A stretch of 64,000 bases of DNA from an uncultured Solirubrobacterales bacterium (GCA_963705845.1 CAVPKX010000008.1:215514-279513), one strand, 5' to 3'; positions 29,901-39,408 are shown, numbered from the stretch's first letter. Made by a program: numbers and translations. Notes: generated from the letters alone by a model not told the origin.

Positions 29901-32133
29901 ACTGACCCACACCGTCGTCTATGAAGCGAGCACGGGCGAAGTGAAGGAAACGGTCATGCCGGCGGGCAACCCGAAAGAAAAGACGCCGCACGGCACCGAA
30001 ACGATCTACTACACGACCGCGAAAAACACGTCGGTGCCCGCGTGCGGGGAACACCCCGAATGGGCGAACCTGCCGTGCGAGACCCAGCCGGCGAAACAGC
30101 CGGAAACGAGCGGGCTGCCGAAGCTGCCCGTAACGACCAGCACGTACAACATGTGGGACGAGCCGGAAAAAACCACCGAAGCGGTCGGCTCCACCACTCG
30201 TACAAAGACCGCGACCTACGAAGCCTCTGGGCGTCTGGCAAAAAGCGCGATCAGCTCGACGGTGGGCACCGCGCTGCCGACCGTTACAGATGTATATAAC
30301 AAAGAAACCGGCGCGCTCGAAAAGCAGAGCACGACCACGGAAGGCAAAACCAAGACGGTCACGAGCGCCGTCAACAAGCTCGGCGAGATGACGTCCTATA
30401 CCGACGCGGACGAAAACACAGCGACCTACGAATACGACATCGACGGTCGCACCACCAAAGTCAACGACGGTAAGGGCACTCAGACCTACACGTATGAAGC
30501 GACCACGGGCGATCTGACCAAGCTCGTGGACTCCACCGCGGGCACGTTCACGGCGACCTACGACGTCGAAGGGAACCTGCTGACTGAGGGCTACCCCAAC
30601 GGCATGAACGCGAACTACACCTACAGCCAGACAGGTACGCCGACCAGCCTGGAGTACGTCAAGACGACGCACTGCACCGAAAAATGCACCTGGTTCAGCG
30701 ACACGCTCGTTCCCTCGATCCACGGTCAGTCGCTTGAACAGACGAGCACCCTCTCCCACCAGGCTTACACCTACGACGCCGCCGGCAGACTGACTCAAGT
30801 CCAGAACACTCCAGCCGGTAAAGGCTGCACGACGCGTATCTACGCTTACGAAGAAGACACCAACCGCACCAGCCTCACGACTCGCGAACCTGGGACCGAA
30901 GGCAAATGCGCGGCCGAAGGCGGCACCGTCGAAAAACACAGCTACGATAGCGCCGACCGCCTCACCGATACGGGCACGAAATACAGCGAATTCGGGAATG
31001 TCACCGCGCTGCCCGCGGCCGACGCCGGCGGCTCGGCACTGACGAGCGCGTTCTACGTCGATAATCAGCTTCAGAGCCAGACCCAGAACGGGGAGACGAT
31101 CGGCTACAACCTCGACCCCTCGGGACGCACCCGTGAAATCGTGTCCACCGGCAAAACCAGCCAGGACATCATCAACCACTATGCCGGCGGTGGCGACGCT
31201 CCGGCGTGGACAGTGGAAACCCCGTCGGGGAACTGGACCCGGAACATCCAGGGTATCGGTGGGCTCGCGGCGATCCAGGTCAACGGCGCGACGCCCGTGC
31301 TGCAGCTCACCGATCTGCACGGCGACATCGTCGCCACGGCAGCTCTCAGCGAAACCGAAACGAAACTCCTCTCCACGACCGATAGCAGCGAGTTTGGCGT
31401 TCCGACGACCAGCACTCCGGCCAAATACTCATGGCTCGGCGCCGAACAGCAGCCGACGGAACTCCCCAGCGGCGAGATCGCGATGGGCGCCCGCTCCTAC
31501 ATTCCGCAACTCGGGCGGTTCCTGCAGCCAGACCCGATCCCCGGCGGCTCAGCCAACGCCTACACGTACACCTTCGGCGACCCCGTCAACACCTCCGACC
31601 CCAACGGCGCACTCACCTACGGATTCTCGGGCTGGCTAAAGGAAGCCAACAACCAGGAAGCCCAAGAAGTCGTCGCGCGCGAAGTGGCCCGCGAAACCCT
31701 CGAACGCGAGGAAGCCGAACGCCGCGCCAGAGAAGCCCAGGAAGCCGAAGAAGCGGCCGCAGCCGCGGCCGCGATCCCAGCGGCAGCAGAAGAGCCACTC
31801 GGCGGCTCCGCGGGCTGGGCCTGCGAATACGCTGCGGAAACAGGTCAGGAAGACGCAGAATGCGGTGGCGGTAGCAGTGGCGGTAGCGTTGGCACGGTGA
31901 ATATCGGCGGCAGCCACTTCATTACGGATCCCGGTCTCCCCGCTGGCGCGCAGTGTGAAGGCAACACCGACTCGAAGAAATACAAAAAGGAACACCCGAA
32001 GCTATGCCATGAAATCGAATCAAATCCATGGGAACCAGCTGATGCTTGGTGTGCGATGTTTTGGTGGACAAGTCCCGCGGCGGCGGCTGCTTGCGGGGTA
32101 TATGGGAGCGCAAGAGAGTTTACGAAACACTAG
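26971..32133 (+). CDS. RHS/YD-repeat protein with inserted Ig-like and NHL-repeat block and a C-terminal toxin-like tip
   Basis: YD repeats (YDAAGRL, YDIDGR, YDVEGN); NHL repeats (VWVADTGNNRVEEF, VYVSDAGNKRIEVF); core end RSYIPQLGRFLQPDP...DPVNTSDPNG. Confidence 0.95.
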   Translation: MALGPGSVSPETGEFFLNATDVSAGGPGATLSVKRSYSSSHLAAGAEGPLGAQWSMSVGGSQSLTKAAEGAVVLTDAEGQESVFASKGKGEFKSPPDSASLTLTEVLEKEKTKEFLLKDGSGQVTKFTLPAGGTGSTWVPATLEGPGATNVVTYRFQTVGAITEPTEVLAPVPAGVSCTAELVKGCRALGFVYSTKTTATGDSSSQWGEYEGRLKEVTFTAWEPTSGKMKTTAIAEYVYDKEGKLRGEWNPSISPALETTYGYDAAGHVSAMTPPGQQPWLFNYGTTTGDPRARIVSVTRPSASTPAGNGAAPVNTTAPAFSVETAREGIPVSVSTGTWSNSPLSYSYQWESCHSELEHETYHEVCGPILGATSQTYTPAPHGGYGLHVTVTATNADGSTTANTAKRIEIVLLGVSFTEAASFGKEGAEGGQVKEPSAVAVESASGSEGNVWVADTGNNRVEEFSASGTFIKTFGWDVGGKAEFQVCTSSCKAGTAGAGNGQFEGPVGIALSETDKYVYVSDAGNKRIEVFEAKTGKYLSQLKVNESGKANPAAIAAGKFPISGYTNQLCVTFPSSSEGRVECHGIGSNGELHGGLIFDSRGKEPTGIAISEKGQTKGEGNEIYLTNKGSHEVDVFEPRIDEARYVTVFGSEGSGEGQFSTPESIIVEPEYAAYAALDSQLFVSDGGNNRVQMSTQTGGTPFEWNFGSGRQSLALDEQSGSNKGDLYIVSAATSSSARITKWTPEPPQINPPEPPNPGGSAVTTVEYHVPVSGAGAPYAMGKTEVEAWGQKDDPTEATAIFPADEPMSWPAKDYRRATVNYLDGSARTVNVAHPGGAISTTEYNSENDVERTLSPNNRAAALKEGTKSAETSKLLDTENTYNSQGSELQSTLGPQHNVELPSGTQVQARDHKQDYYNEGAPAEGGPYGLPTKTTEGAEYSGKEEDVRETTTSYAGQENLGWKLHKPTSVTANAKGLKLTHTVVYEASTGEVKETVMPAGNPKEKTPHGTETIYYTTAKNTSVPACGEHPEWANLPCETQPAKQPETSGLPKLPVTTSTYNMWDEPEKTTEAVGSTTRTKTATYEASGRLAKSAISSTVGTALPTVTDVYNKETGALEKQSTTTEGKTKTVTSAVNKLGEMTSYTDADENTATYEYDIDGRTTKVNDGKGTQTYTYEATTGDLTKLVDSTAGTFTATYDVEGNLLTEGYPNGMNANYTYSQTGTPTSLEYVKTTHCTEKCTWFSDTLVPSIHGQSLEQTSTLSHQAYTYDAAGRLTQVQNTPAGKGCTTRIYAYEEDTNRTSLTTREPGTEGKCAAEGGTVEKHSYDSADRLTDTGTKYSEFGNVTALPAADAGGSALTSAFYVDNQLQSQTQNGETIGYNLDPSGRTREIVSTGKTSQDIINHYAGGGDAPAWTVETPSGNWTRNIQGIGGLAAIQVNGATPVLQLTDLHGDIVATAALSETETKLLSTTDSSEFGVPTTSTPAKYSWLGAEQQPTELPSGEIAMGARSYIPQLGRFLQPDPIPGGSANAYTYTFGDPVNTSDPNGALTYGFSGWLKEANNQEAQEVVAREVARETLEREEAERRAREAQEAEEAAAAAAAIPAAAEEPLGGSAGWACEYAAETGQEDAECGGGSSGGSVGTVNIGGSHFITDPGLPAGAQCEGNTDSKKYKKEHPKLCHEIESNPWEPADAWCAMFWWTSPAAAAACGVYGSAREFTKH

Positions 32134-32207
32134 CGCCTGCGAATCAGGTGCCCTTTGAAAGCCATGTCAATACCCGAAGCGACATCTCACGATCACCCGG
32201 ATAAAAG

Positions 32208-32447
32208 ATGACTTCGGACCGGATCCTTCACTGGTGGCCTCTGGCTGGGACCCTCGTTGGTGTCATGTTGGCGGTAGCGGGGCTTGCCCGCGGCGAATAT
32301 CTGTGGGCAGTGGTTGGCGCCGGAATCGCTTGCAGGTTGCTCGTACACTTCATACGGAAATCACGGCCGCGCACCAGCAAGCAGCTTCTCCCAAATGAAT
32401 CACAGATTTCTCGATTCCTTCGTCGGAGGCGAGAACGAAATGGGTAG
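32208..32447 (+). CDS. Small two-TM protein, candidate immunity protein
   Basis: 79 aa, two hydrophobic helices, basic tail, lower GC, immediately downstream of the RHS gene. Confidence 0.6.
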   Translation: MTSDRILHWWPLAGTLVGVMLAVAGLARGEYLWAVVGAGIACRLLVHFIRKSRPRTSKQLLPNESQISRFLRRRRERNG

Positions 32448-33006
32448 CTAGAAGGTGACGCTGCAGCGAGAGGACGACTATGGAGTTTTGTAGAAAAGAG
32501 TGGGGCGGGTGCACGAGGCTACGAGCACAGAGTGAAAACAGCACGGCGACAGCTGAGACAGGCATTGCTTCACTTGGGTAGCGAAGGTACGCGCGAGATT
32601 GATGAGGCAGTGGGATGGAGATAGGCGGCAACGCGCAATGAGCTCGCGCCCAGGCGACGCGGAGGGCAACCACGCGTATCCGGCCCCGCGTGCGGGGCAT
32701 GATCTCTGCGAGACGGGCGCTACGGCGGTCTCATCGAGAGCAGGATCTCGACGAGGAGAGCCCGGTACACGTTCTCTTGAGCGGGACGCCAGCAACATTC
32801 TGGCGCACGATGATCAGTGAGGCCAATCCGAACGGGATGACGGCCAAGTTTACGAGGCACCTCTCCTCGGGGGGCGCAATCGACTATGCGCTGACCCCTG
32901 CAACCGCATCGCTACCGGCGTCGTGCATCCGCGAGTGCGCGGCACTCGGTCCGCCCGCCGGCTCCCCGCGCTAGAGGCCCGTCCGGGGGGCGCCCATTCC
33001 GAGCGC

Positions 33007-33037
33007 TTGACACGACGAGACGCCAGTGATCTAATCA
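33007..33037 (+). promoter_or_regulatory. TTGACA promoter with operator C (TGAT-CTA-ATCA)
   Basis: TTGACAcgacgagacgccagTGATCTAATCA upstream of ATG 33068 (RBS GGGAGAGG). Confidence 0.7.
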
Positions 33038-33067
33038 TTCAATCAGTTCCGACGAATAGGGAGAGGT

Positions 33068-34729
33068 ATGGGCATCAACATCGAGGAAGACGCCACCGGC
33101 GTCGTCCCACTTCCGGGCGAGTCCTCCGGGCTCTTTGTTCGCAAGTCCTCGGGCCTCGTGCGCGAGATGACCGGTCGCGACGCGACGAGCATGGGCCTTG
33201 GCGGGGTCAACGCGATCGCCACAATCGCCGTCTCCTTCGGCATCGCGCTGACTCTGTTTCCTGGCGTGGACCTCACCTGGGGTTGGATCATCGGCGCGGT
33301 GCTCATGATTCCCATGGCGTTCGCGTATGCGCAGCTCGTCGCGACCTTTCCCCGCTCGGGTGGCGAGTTCATCTATCTCAGCCGCATCTTCCATCCAATC
33401 GTCGGCGCGATGCTCGGGGTGGGCTTCTTCGTAGCCACCTTCCTCAACCTCGGTGGAAATGCCGTCTTCGACGGCCAGCTCTTCACGCCCAACTTCTTCG
33501 CGACGCTGGGAAGCGCGGCGCACGTCTCGGCCTTTACATCCTTCTCGCAAACGCTCTCCCACCACTTCCCCGAATGCCTCGTAGGAGCCGGTTTCGTGGT
33601 GCTCGTCGGCGCGATCGCGCTCCGCGGAGTCCACGCTCTCGGGCGAGCGATGTTCTATTGCATCTGCGCCGCGCTCATCGCAGAGGCGGTATTCCTGTTC
33701 GAGACGCTGACTCACAGCCACGGCGCGTTCGTCGCCGCCTTCGACCACTCTGTCCACAACCGAGCGGCCTATTCTCAGGTGATCGCGGCCGCCCGTAAGG
33801 CGGGGCTCCACACCGGTCCGCACTTCTCCCAGGTCATCGCCGGCATGCCCTTCTTCGCCGCACTCGGCTACTGGGGCTATCAGACCGCCAACTATCCCGC
33901 CGGGGAGATCAAGCGCGTAAGCCGCACCTATCGCATCGGAACGTTCGTCGCCCTCGCCGTCGGTGCGATCATGCTCGTGGTTGCCTGGCTCGCACTCCGT
34001 CATATGGCAGGACTTCCCTTCCTGCAGTCCGCGAACTATCTCAACGCTAATGCCCCGAGCGCCTACGCCAAGATCACGGGAGGTGCCCCACTGCTGTCGC
34101 AGTACTACGCGACCTTGGTAGCCGGCGATCCCGTGACGAAGATCGTCATCGCCGGCGGCTTTCTGATCGGCAGCCTTGCCTTCCTGATGGCCCTGATGGC
34201 GGTCCTGTCGCGCCTAGTGTTCGCGCTCGCCTTTGATCGCATCCTCCCGACCCGTCTGTCCGTAGTCGGCAAACGCACGCACGCCCCCTACGTGGCGATT
34301 ATCGTCGGCGGTATCGGCTCGGTGATCTTCGTCATCCTCACGATCTACTCAACGGGATTCGTCAAGATGACCCGCAACAGTGTGCTCATTTTTTGCCTGC
34401 TCTTCACCATCAGCTGCCTTGGCGCTGCCGTACTCGCACACCGGCGGCCCGACCTCTACGGCGCCGGTCCGAAGGTGATCGACAGGCGCTGGCTCGGCGT
34501 ACCCGCCATCACCTGGATCGCTGCTCTGGCCACGGCGATCAACGCGTTCTTCTTCTACGAGGTCGCCGCGAAGCCGTCACTGTCTAACGGATACGACTTC
34601 GTATCGGTCGCGACAGTCTGCGTGGCCGTGAGCGCCGGCTCGGTCTTCTACATCATCTCCCGGCTCTACCTCGCGCGGGTCAAAGGGGTAGACCTGGCAC
34701 TGTCGATGCGCGAGCTCCCGCCCGAATGA
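33068..34729 (+). CDS. APC family amino acid/amine permease
   Basis: LFVRKSSGLVRE, PRSGGEFIYLSR, AGEIK, SRLVFALAFDRILP, terminal ELPPE; 12 or more TM segments. Confidence 0.93.
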   Translation: MGINIEEDATGVVPLPGESSGLFVRKSSGLVREMTGRDATSMGLGGVNAIATIAVSFGIALTLFPGVDLTWGWIIGAVLMIPMAFAYAQLVATFPRSGGEFIYLSRIFHPIVGAMLGVGFFVATFLNLGGNAVFDGQLFTPNFFATLGSAAHVSAFTSFSQTLSHHFPECLVGAGFVVLVGAIALRGVHALGRAMFYCICAALIAEAVFLFETLTHSHGAFVAAFDHSVHNRAAYSQVIAAARKAGLHTGPHFSQVIAGMPFFAALGYWGYQTANYPAGEIKRVSRTYRIGTFVALAVGAIMLVVAWLALRHMAGLPFLQSANYLNANAPSAYAKITGGAPLLSQYYATLVAGDPVTKIVIAGGFLIGSLAFLMALMAVLSRLVFALAFDRILPTRLSVVGKRTHAPYVAIIVGGIGSVIFVILTIYSTGFVKMTRNSVLIFCLLFTISCLGAAVLAHRRPDLYGAGPKVIDRRWLGVPAITWIAALATAINAFFFYEVAAKPSLSNGYDFVSVATVCVAVSAGSVFYIISRLYLARVKGVDLALSMRELPPE

Positions 34730-34792
34730 GCCGGGCCCCATCGAGGACCTCCGGCGCGCGCGGGCACTTCGGGCCACGCGCGCGCGCACACC

Positions 34793-35771
34793 ATGGCAGA
34801 GGCCGTGTTTCGGCGTAGACGCGAGCCTCGGTACCGGATCTTCTTCGCAACTGACGTCCACGGGTCGGACCGTTGCTTTGGAAAGTTCCTCTCGGCCGCC
34901 CGGGTGTACAGCGCCGACACGCTGATCCTCGGCGGCGACATCGTCGGAAAAGCGATGGTTCCGCTGGTGCGTGACAACGGCTCCTACATCTCCCGCGACG
35001 ACAGCACGGAGCGGCGGATCGACCCCGCCGACCTCGACGAGGAGATCGCTCGGATTCGCCTTCACGGCCTCTACCCGCTCGTCATCGAGCCCGACGAGTA
35101 CGAGCGCCTCCGCGACGACGGCGCCTATCGCGCCGGCCTGTTTGAGGAAACGATGTGCGCGCAGATCAGCCGCTGGTGCGACCAGGTCGCAGAGCGGTTG
35201 GACCGGGCTAAGACGCGTTGCATCATCACCCCCGGAAACGACGACCCGATCGTCCTCGACGACGTGCTGCGTACTGCAGAGGCGGTCGAACTGCCCCGAA
35301 CGCGAAGTGGTCGAGGTCGGTCCCGTGTGGCTGGCGAGCCTGGGCAACACCAACCGCACCCCCTGGGACACCGAGCGCGAGTACGACGAGCCGGTACTCG
35401 CCCGCCAGATCGAGGAGATGCTCGAGCCCGGCGGCGCCGACCGACCGCTCGTCTTTAACTTCCACTGCCCGCCAGCCTCGAGCGGCCTCGACACCGTTGT
35501 CAAGCTCGACGCCGAGCTGCGTCCCGTGCTTCAGGGTGGGCGGCCTGTCGAAATGGCCGCCGGGAGCATGGCGGTGCGGGAAGCGATCGAGCGCTACGGG
35601 CCCGTCTGTGGCCTGCACGGCCACATCCACGAAAGCGCGGGCGTGTACCGGCTCGGACCGTCCTGGTGCTTTAACCCGGGCAGCGAGTACTCCTCGGGCA
35701 TCCTCAACGGCCTGATCGTCAACTTCGCCCCCGACGGCTCGTACATGAGCCATCTCCTCACGGCTGGATGA
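34793..35771 (+). CDS. Icc-like metallophosphoesterase, split by a 1-nt indel as sequenced
   Basis: TDVHGS, GGDIVGK and PGNDD in frame 1; FHCPP and LHGHIHE in frame 2. Removing one C at ~35295 joins them. Confidence 0.88.
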
Positions 35772-36526
35772 GCGCCGTCAGCGCGACAAGCGACAGCTCA
35801 GATCTTGCGACCTTGGCGCGGGGCATCGTCGAGCACGCCCAGAGGGCCGGCGCTAGTGCCCGCCTGCTCGGCGGGGTCGGTGTGGCGGCGGTCTGCCCGT
35901 CGGCCCGGCCGGGTGGTCCGCTGGAACGCTCGTACGGAGACATCGATGTCGCTGTCCGACGCGAAGACTGCCCGCCATTAGCGCAGGCACTTCGACACGC
36001 CGGCTATGAGCCGGACGAGCGCTTCAACGCGCTGCAGGGGCGCCGGCGCATGCTCTTTACCAGCGCGGCCGGCGTTCACGCGGACGTGTTCGTCAACACG
36101 TTCGTGATGTGCCACGAGCTGCCGCTGCGCGACCGTCTGCATCTGGGCCAGACCGCTCTTGCCCCGGCTGATCTTCTCCTCACAAAGCTCCAGATCGCCG
36201 AGCTCAATCTCAAAGACGTCACCGATGTCGCCGCCCTCGTGCTCGACCACGCGCTCGGCGATACGGATGAGGGCATCAACGTGCCGCGAATCGCGGGCCT
36301 GGCGGCCACGGACTGGGGGTGGTGGCGCAGCCTCACCGAAAATCTCGCGCGCGTTCCCGCCCACCTTGGGAAACTATCGCTCACACCGTGGGCACGTGAG
36401 CGGGTGATGCTCAGTCTGACCGAGCTGCGCCGCGCGGTCAACGAGGCGCCGAAGTCGCTGAAGTGGCGGGCGCGAGCCCGGATCGGCGACCGGCTGCCGT
36501 GGCGCGATGAGCCGGAGGAACAATGA
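35768..36526 (+). CDS. Nucleotidyltransferase-fold hypothetical protein
   Basis: LLGG...YGDIDV, third acidic residue in HADVF, LLTKLQI, KDVTD; ATGA-coupled to the upstream gene. Confidence 0.75.
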   Translation: MSAVSATSDSSDLATLARGIVEHAQRAGASARLLGGVGVAAVCPSARPGGPLERSYGDIDVAVRREDCPPLAQALRHAGYEPDERFNALQGRRRMLFTSAAGVHADVFVNTFVMCHELPLRDRLHLGQTALAPADLLLTKLQIAELNLKDVTDVAALVLDHALGDTDEGINVPRIAGLAATDWGWWRSLTENLARVPAHLGKLSLTPWARERVMLSLTELRRAVNEAPKSLKWRARARIGDRLPWRDEPEEQ

Positions 36527-36888
36527 CGCCCGACGGCCAGCCGACCCGTGTCACGCTCGGCGAGCACCAGATGCATTCGGAGACCGACACCTTCCACGTC
36601 GGCACGATCGTCAGCCGCGACCGGCACGGGAGCACCTTCCTGCTCGGGACCGTCCACATGGATCCCGGCCCTGCCCCGGTGACCTGGACCGCAGGACCCG
36701 ACGTCCACGAGACCTACACGCTCCAGGCGGGCCATCTGCGGGTCTCCTGGGATGGGTCCGCGCCCGGTTCGGCCGATCTGCACGCCACCGACTCGTTTTA
36801 CTTTCCGCCCGGCCGCATCTACACGCTTCTCAACACCGGACCCGACCGGGTCGTCCTCCTCTACGCCGTCCACCCAGCGCCGCGGTGA
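36523..36888 (+). CDS. Cupin domain protein
   Basis: HETYTLQAGHLRV...FYFPPGRIYTLLNTG cupin motifs; coupled on both sides. Confidence 0.8.
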   Translation: MTPDGQPTRVTLGEHQMHSETDTFHVGTIVSRDRHGSTFLLGTVHMDPGPAPVTWTAGPDVHETYTLQAGHLRVSWDGSAPGSADLHATDSFYFPPGRIYTLLNTGPDRVVLLYAVHPAPR

Positions 36889-38423
36889 GTCCGATAGCTC
36901 GAGCGTCTCAGCCGGCGCAGCTGTCGGCCGAGATCGTGATCGTCGGCAGCGGCGCCGGCGGCGGCATGACCGCCTACGCGCTGAGCAAGCTTGGCGCCGA
37001 CGTGCTGATCCTCGAGCGCGGCGGGTTCATGCCCCGAGAGGAGGCCAACTGGTCCCCGCGCGAGGTCGTCAGCGGCAGCCGCTATCGCAACTGCGAGCCC
37101 TGGGAGCACGAAGCCACGAAGTTTCGGGGCTCCAACCACTACTACGTCGGGGGCATGACCACCGTGTTCGGCGGCACGCTTGACCGCTTCCGCCCCCAGG
37201 ACCTCGACGAGTACGGTCTCGATGAGGGCGCCTCTCCCGCTTGGCCGATCACCTACGACGAGCTTGAGCCCTTCTACGCGGAGGCGGAACGGATCTGGGG
37301 CGTGCGCGGCGATGACCGCGACGATCCGATGGCGCCGCCCCGCTCGGCCCCGTTTCCGTTCCCGCCGCTCGAGCACGAGCCCGCGATCGCCGCCCTCGCC
37401 GAGCGGCTGCGCGCCCAGGGCCTTCACCCCTACAGCCTGTCGATGGGCGTCAACGTCCGGCCCGCCGGCCAGTGCGTACGCTCGAAGTACTGCGACGGGT
37501 TCCCGTGTCCGCGCCGCGCCAAATGCGACGCCGAGACCCGCTGCATCAGCCCGGCGCTTGAGGCCCCCTCGGTCAGGCTTCAGACCGGCGCGTACGCGGA
37601 GCGACTGATCACCGACCGCACCGGCCGGTCTGTGATCGCAGTCGAGGCGCGGATCGCTGGTGAGCTCGTGCGCGTCACCGGACGGCGGTTTGTGATCAGC
37701 GCCGGCGCCGCCAACAGCGCGGCGCTGTTCCTCCGCTCCTCGAGTGCTTCGCATCCCCACGGGCTGGCCAACCGCTCTGGCCAGGTCGGGAGCAACTACA
37801 TCCACCACACCAACTCGGCCGTCAGCTCGATCGCCCCGTGGCGGGTGAACTCGACCGTCTTTCAAAAGACGCTCGGCCTCAATGACTTCTACCTCAGCCC
37901 CGACGAGCGGCATCCTCGCCTGGGATCGTTGCAGCTCACCGGCCGGCTGCTCCCCGAGCACGTCCGCTCCGTCCGGCCCCGCTGCCCATACCCCCTGGCA
38001 CGCTGGGCAACCAGCCGCTCGATCGACTGGTGGCTGATGACCGAAGATGTCCCGCTGCCCGAAAACCGCGTCCTGCTGAGCCCGGGCGGCGGAATCCGTC
38101 TCGAGTGGAAGCCCACCAGCGTCGCCCGCCACCGCCGCCTCGTCGCCAACGTCAAGACGATGATGCGCCGCGCCGGCTACCCGGTCAGCATCTCCCAGCG
38201 CTTCGGTCTATCCGCCAACGCCCACCAGGCCGGCACGCTGCGCTTCGGCCAGGACCCCACCACCGCGGTCGTCGACCCGGGTTGCAAGGTCCATCACCTC
38301 GAAAATGTCTGGGTGATCGACGCCTCGGTCGTGCCGTCGCTTGGCGCAGGCCCCGGCGGCCCGACGCTGACAATTGCCGCGCTCGCGCTGCGGACTGTCG
38401 CTGGCGGCGCCCTGACGACATAG
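36885..38423 (+). CDS. GMC family oxidoreductase
   Basis: IVGSGAGGG FAD motif, LERG, CDGFPC, HQAGTLRFG, NVWVIDAS; GTG 36885 overlaps the cupin stop. Confidence 0.93.
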   Translation: MSPIARASQPAQLSAEIVIVGSGAGGGMTAYALSKLGADVLILERGGFMPREEANWSPREVVSGSRYRNCEPWEHEATKFRGSNHYYVGGMTTVFGGTLDRFRPQDLDEYGLDEGASPAWPITYDELEPFYAEAERIWGVRGDDRDDPMAPPRSAPFPFPPLEHEPAIAALAERLRAQGLHPYSLSMGVNVRPAGQCVRSKYCDGFPCPRRAKCDAETRCISPALEAPSVRLQTGAYAERLITDRTGRSVIAVEARIAGELVRVTGRRFVISAGAANSAALFLRSSSASHPHGLANRSGQVGSNYIHHTNSAVSSIAPWRVNSTVFQKTLGLNDFYLSPDERHPRLGSLQLTGRLLPEHVRSVRPRCPYPLARWATSRSIDWWLMTEDVPLPENRVLLSPGGGIRLEWKPTSVARHRRLVANVKTMMRRAGYPVSISQRFGLSANAHQAGTLRFGQDPTTAVVDPGCKVHHLENVWVIDASVVPSLGAGPGGPTLTIAALALRTVAGGALTT

Positions 38424-38507
38424 CGAAGCTGGGGGATCGCGCTGGCGTCCGCCGCTCCCCCGACCGCCGGAGCGATCCCTGGCGCCGAGAGCATCAACAT
38501 CACGCGA

Positions 38508-39335
38508 GTGCACGCGACCCTCGACGAGATCGTGGCGGGTGTCGCCAGTCAGCTGAGTGACGCCGGCTGCCCGGCTCCGGGCGCAGACGCCATGGAGCTA
38601 GTGGCCGCAGCCATCGGCACGCCCCCCGGCCACCTGCGGGCAAGCCTAGAGACGCCAACCGTCGAGGCTCTGGGCCGGATCCGATCATTGGCGCGCCGCC
38701 GTGCCGGCCGCGAACCGCTCGCCTACATTCTCGGGACCGTCCGCTTTCGCGGCCTCGAGCTGCACGTCAACCCGCGCGTGCACATTCCCCGCGATGATCG
38801 CAGCGGACTGCTCGTCAACGTCGCGCTCGAACTGCCCTTCGGTAGCAGCGTGCACGACGTCGGGACCGGCTGCGGCGCGATCGCCATCGCGATCAAGACG
38901 GAGCGACCGGACCTCGTCGTTAGCGCCTCGGACATCTCGGCAGAGGCTCTCGAGGTGGCGCGCGAGAACGCCGTGCACGAAGACGCCGACATCGCGTTCA
39001 CCTGCACACCAGGTCTCCCCAAGGAGCGTTATGACCTAGTCGTCGCGTGTCTGCCCTACGCGGTCGAGGCCACGCTCGAGGCGACACACCCACCGGAGAC
39101 CGCGTTGCATCAGCCGCGCATCGCGCTCGTGGCCGGAGCCGACGGCCTGGACGCGATCAGACGACTGGTCGCGGAAGCTCCGGCCGGGCAGGCCCTCGCG
39201 CTCGAGCACGCCCCAGATCAAGCAGCGGCCGTACGCGGCCTGCTGGCACGGGCGCGAACCCTAGACGACGCGGCAGCTCTGGAGCGTGTTACTACCGGCA
39301 AGCTCCCGGCACGAGCCAGGTCGGCGAGTGCGTGA
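38508..39335 (+). CDS. prmC: PrmC/HemK-like SAM-dependent methyltransferase (paralog)
   Basis: RRAGREPLAYILG, VHIPR, DVGTGCGAIA, GADGLDAIRRL; CLPY in place of NPPY. Confidence 0.8.
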   Translation: MHATLDEIVAGVASQLSDAGCPAPGADAMELVAAAIGTPPGHLRASLETPTVEALGRIRSLARRRAGREPLAYILGTVRFRGLELHVNPRVHIPRDDRSGLLVNVALELPFGSSVHDVGTGCGAIAIAIKTERPDLVVSASDISAEALEVARENAVHEDADIAFTCTPGLPKERYDLVVACLPYAVEATLEATHPPETALHQPRIALVAGADGLDAIRRLVAEAPAGQALALEHAPDQAAAVRGLLARARTLDDAAALERVTTGKLPARARSASA

Positions 39336-39408
39336 GGTTGGAGTGATTCCCCTTGACCCAGCTTCGTGGTCGTCTCGTCTTCAGATCTGGGGACATGCTC
39401 CTCGTCCA

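Noticed and set aside
29755..31320. 521-aa antisense ORF, and similar long shadow ORFs at 9635-11041, 36861-38132 and 40175-41248
   Set aside because: They overlap well-supported genes, have no motifs, and are typical of high-GC codon bias.
31650..31790. GAAGCC-rich quasi-repeat
   Set aside because: Explained by the E/A/R coiled-coil coding sequence.
32448..33000. Orphan RHS toxin cassette or ncRNA in the gap after the immunity candidate
   Set aside because: No RHS core remnant, convincing ORF or recognisable RNA structure by eye; an Rfam/Infernal search would be needed.
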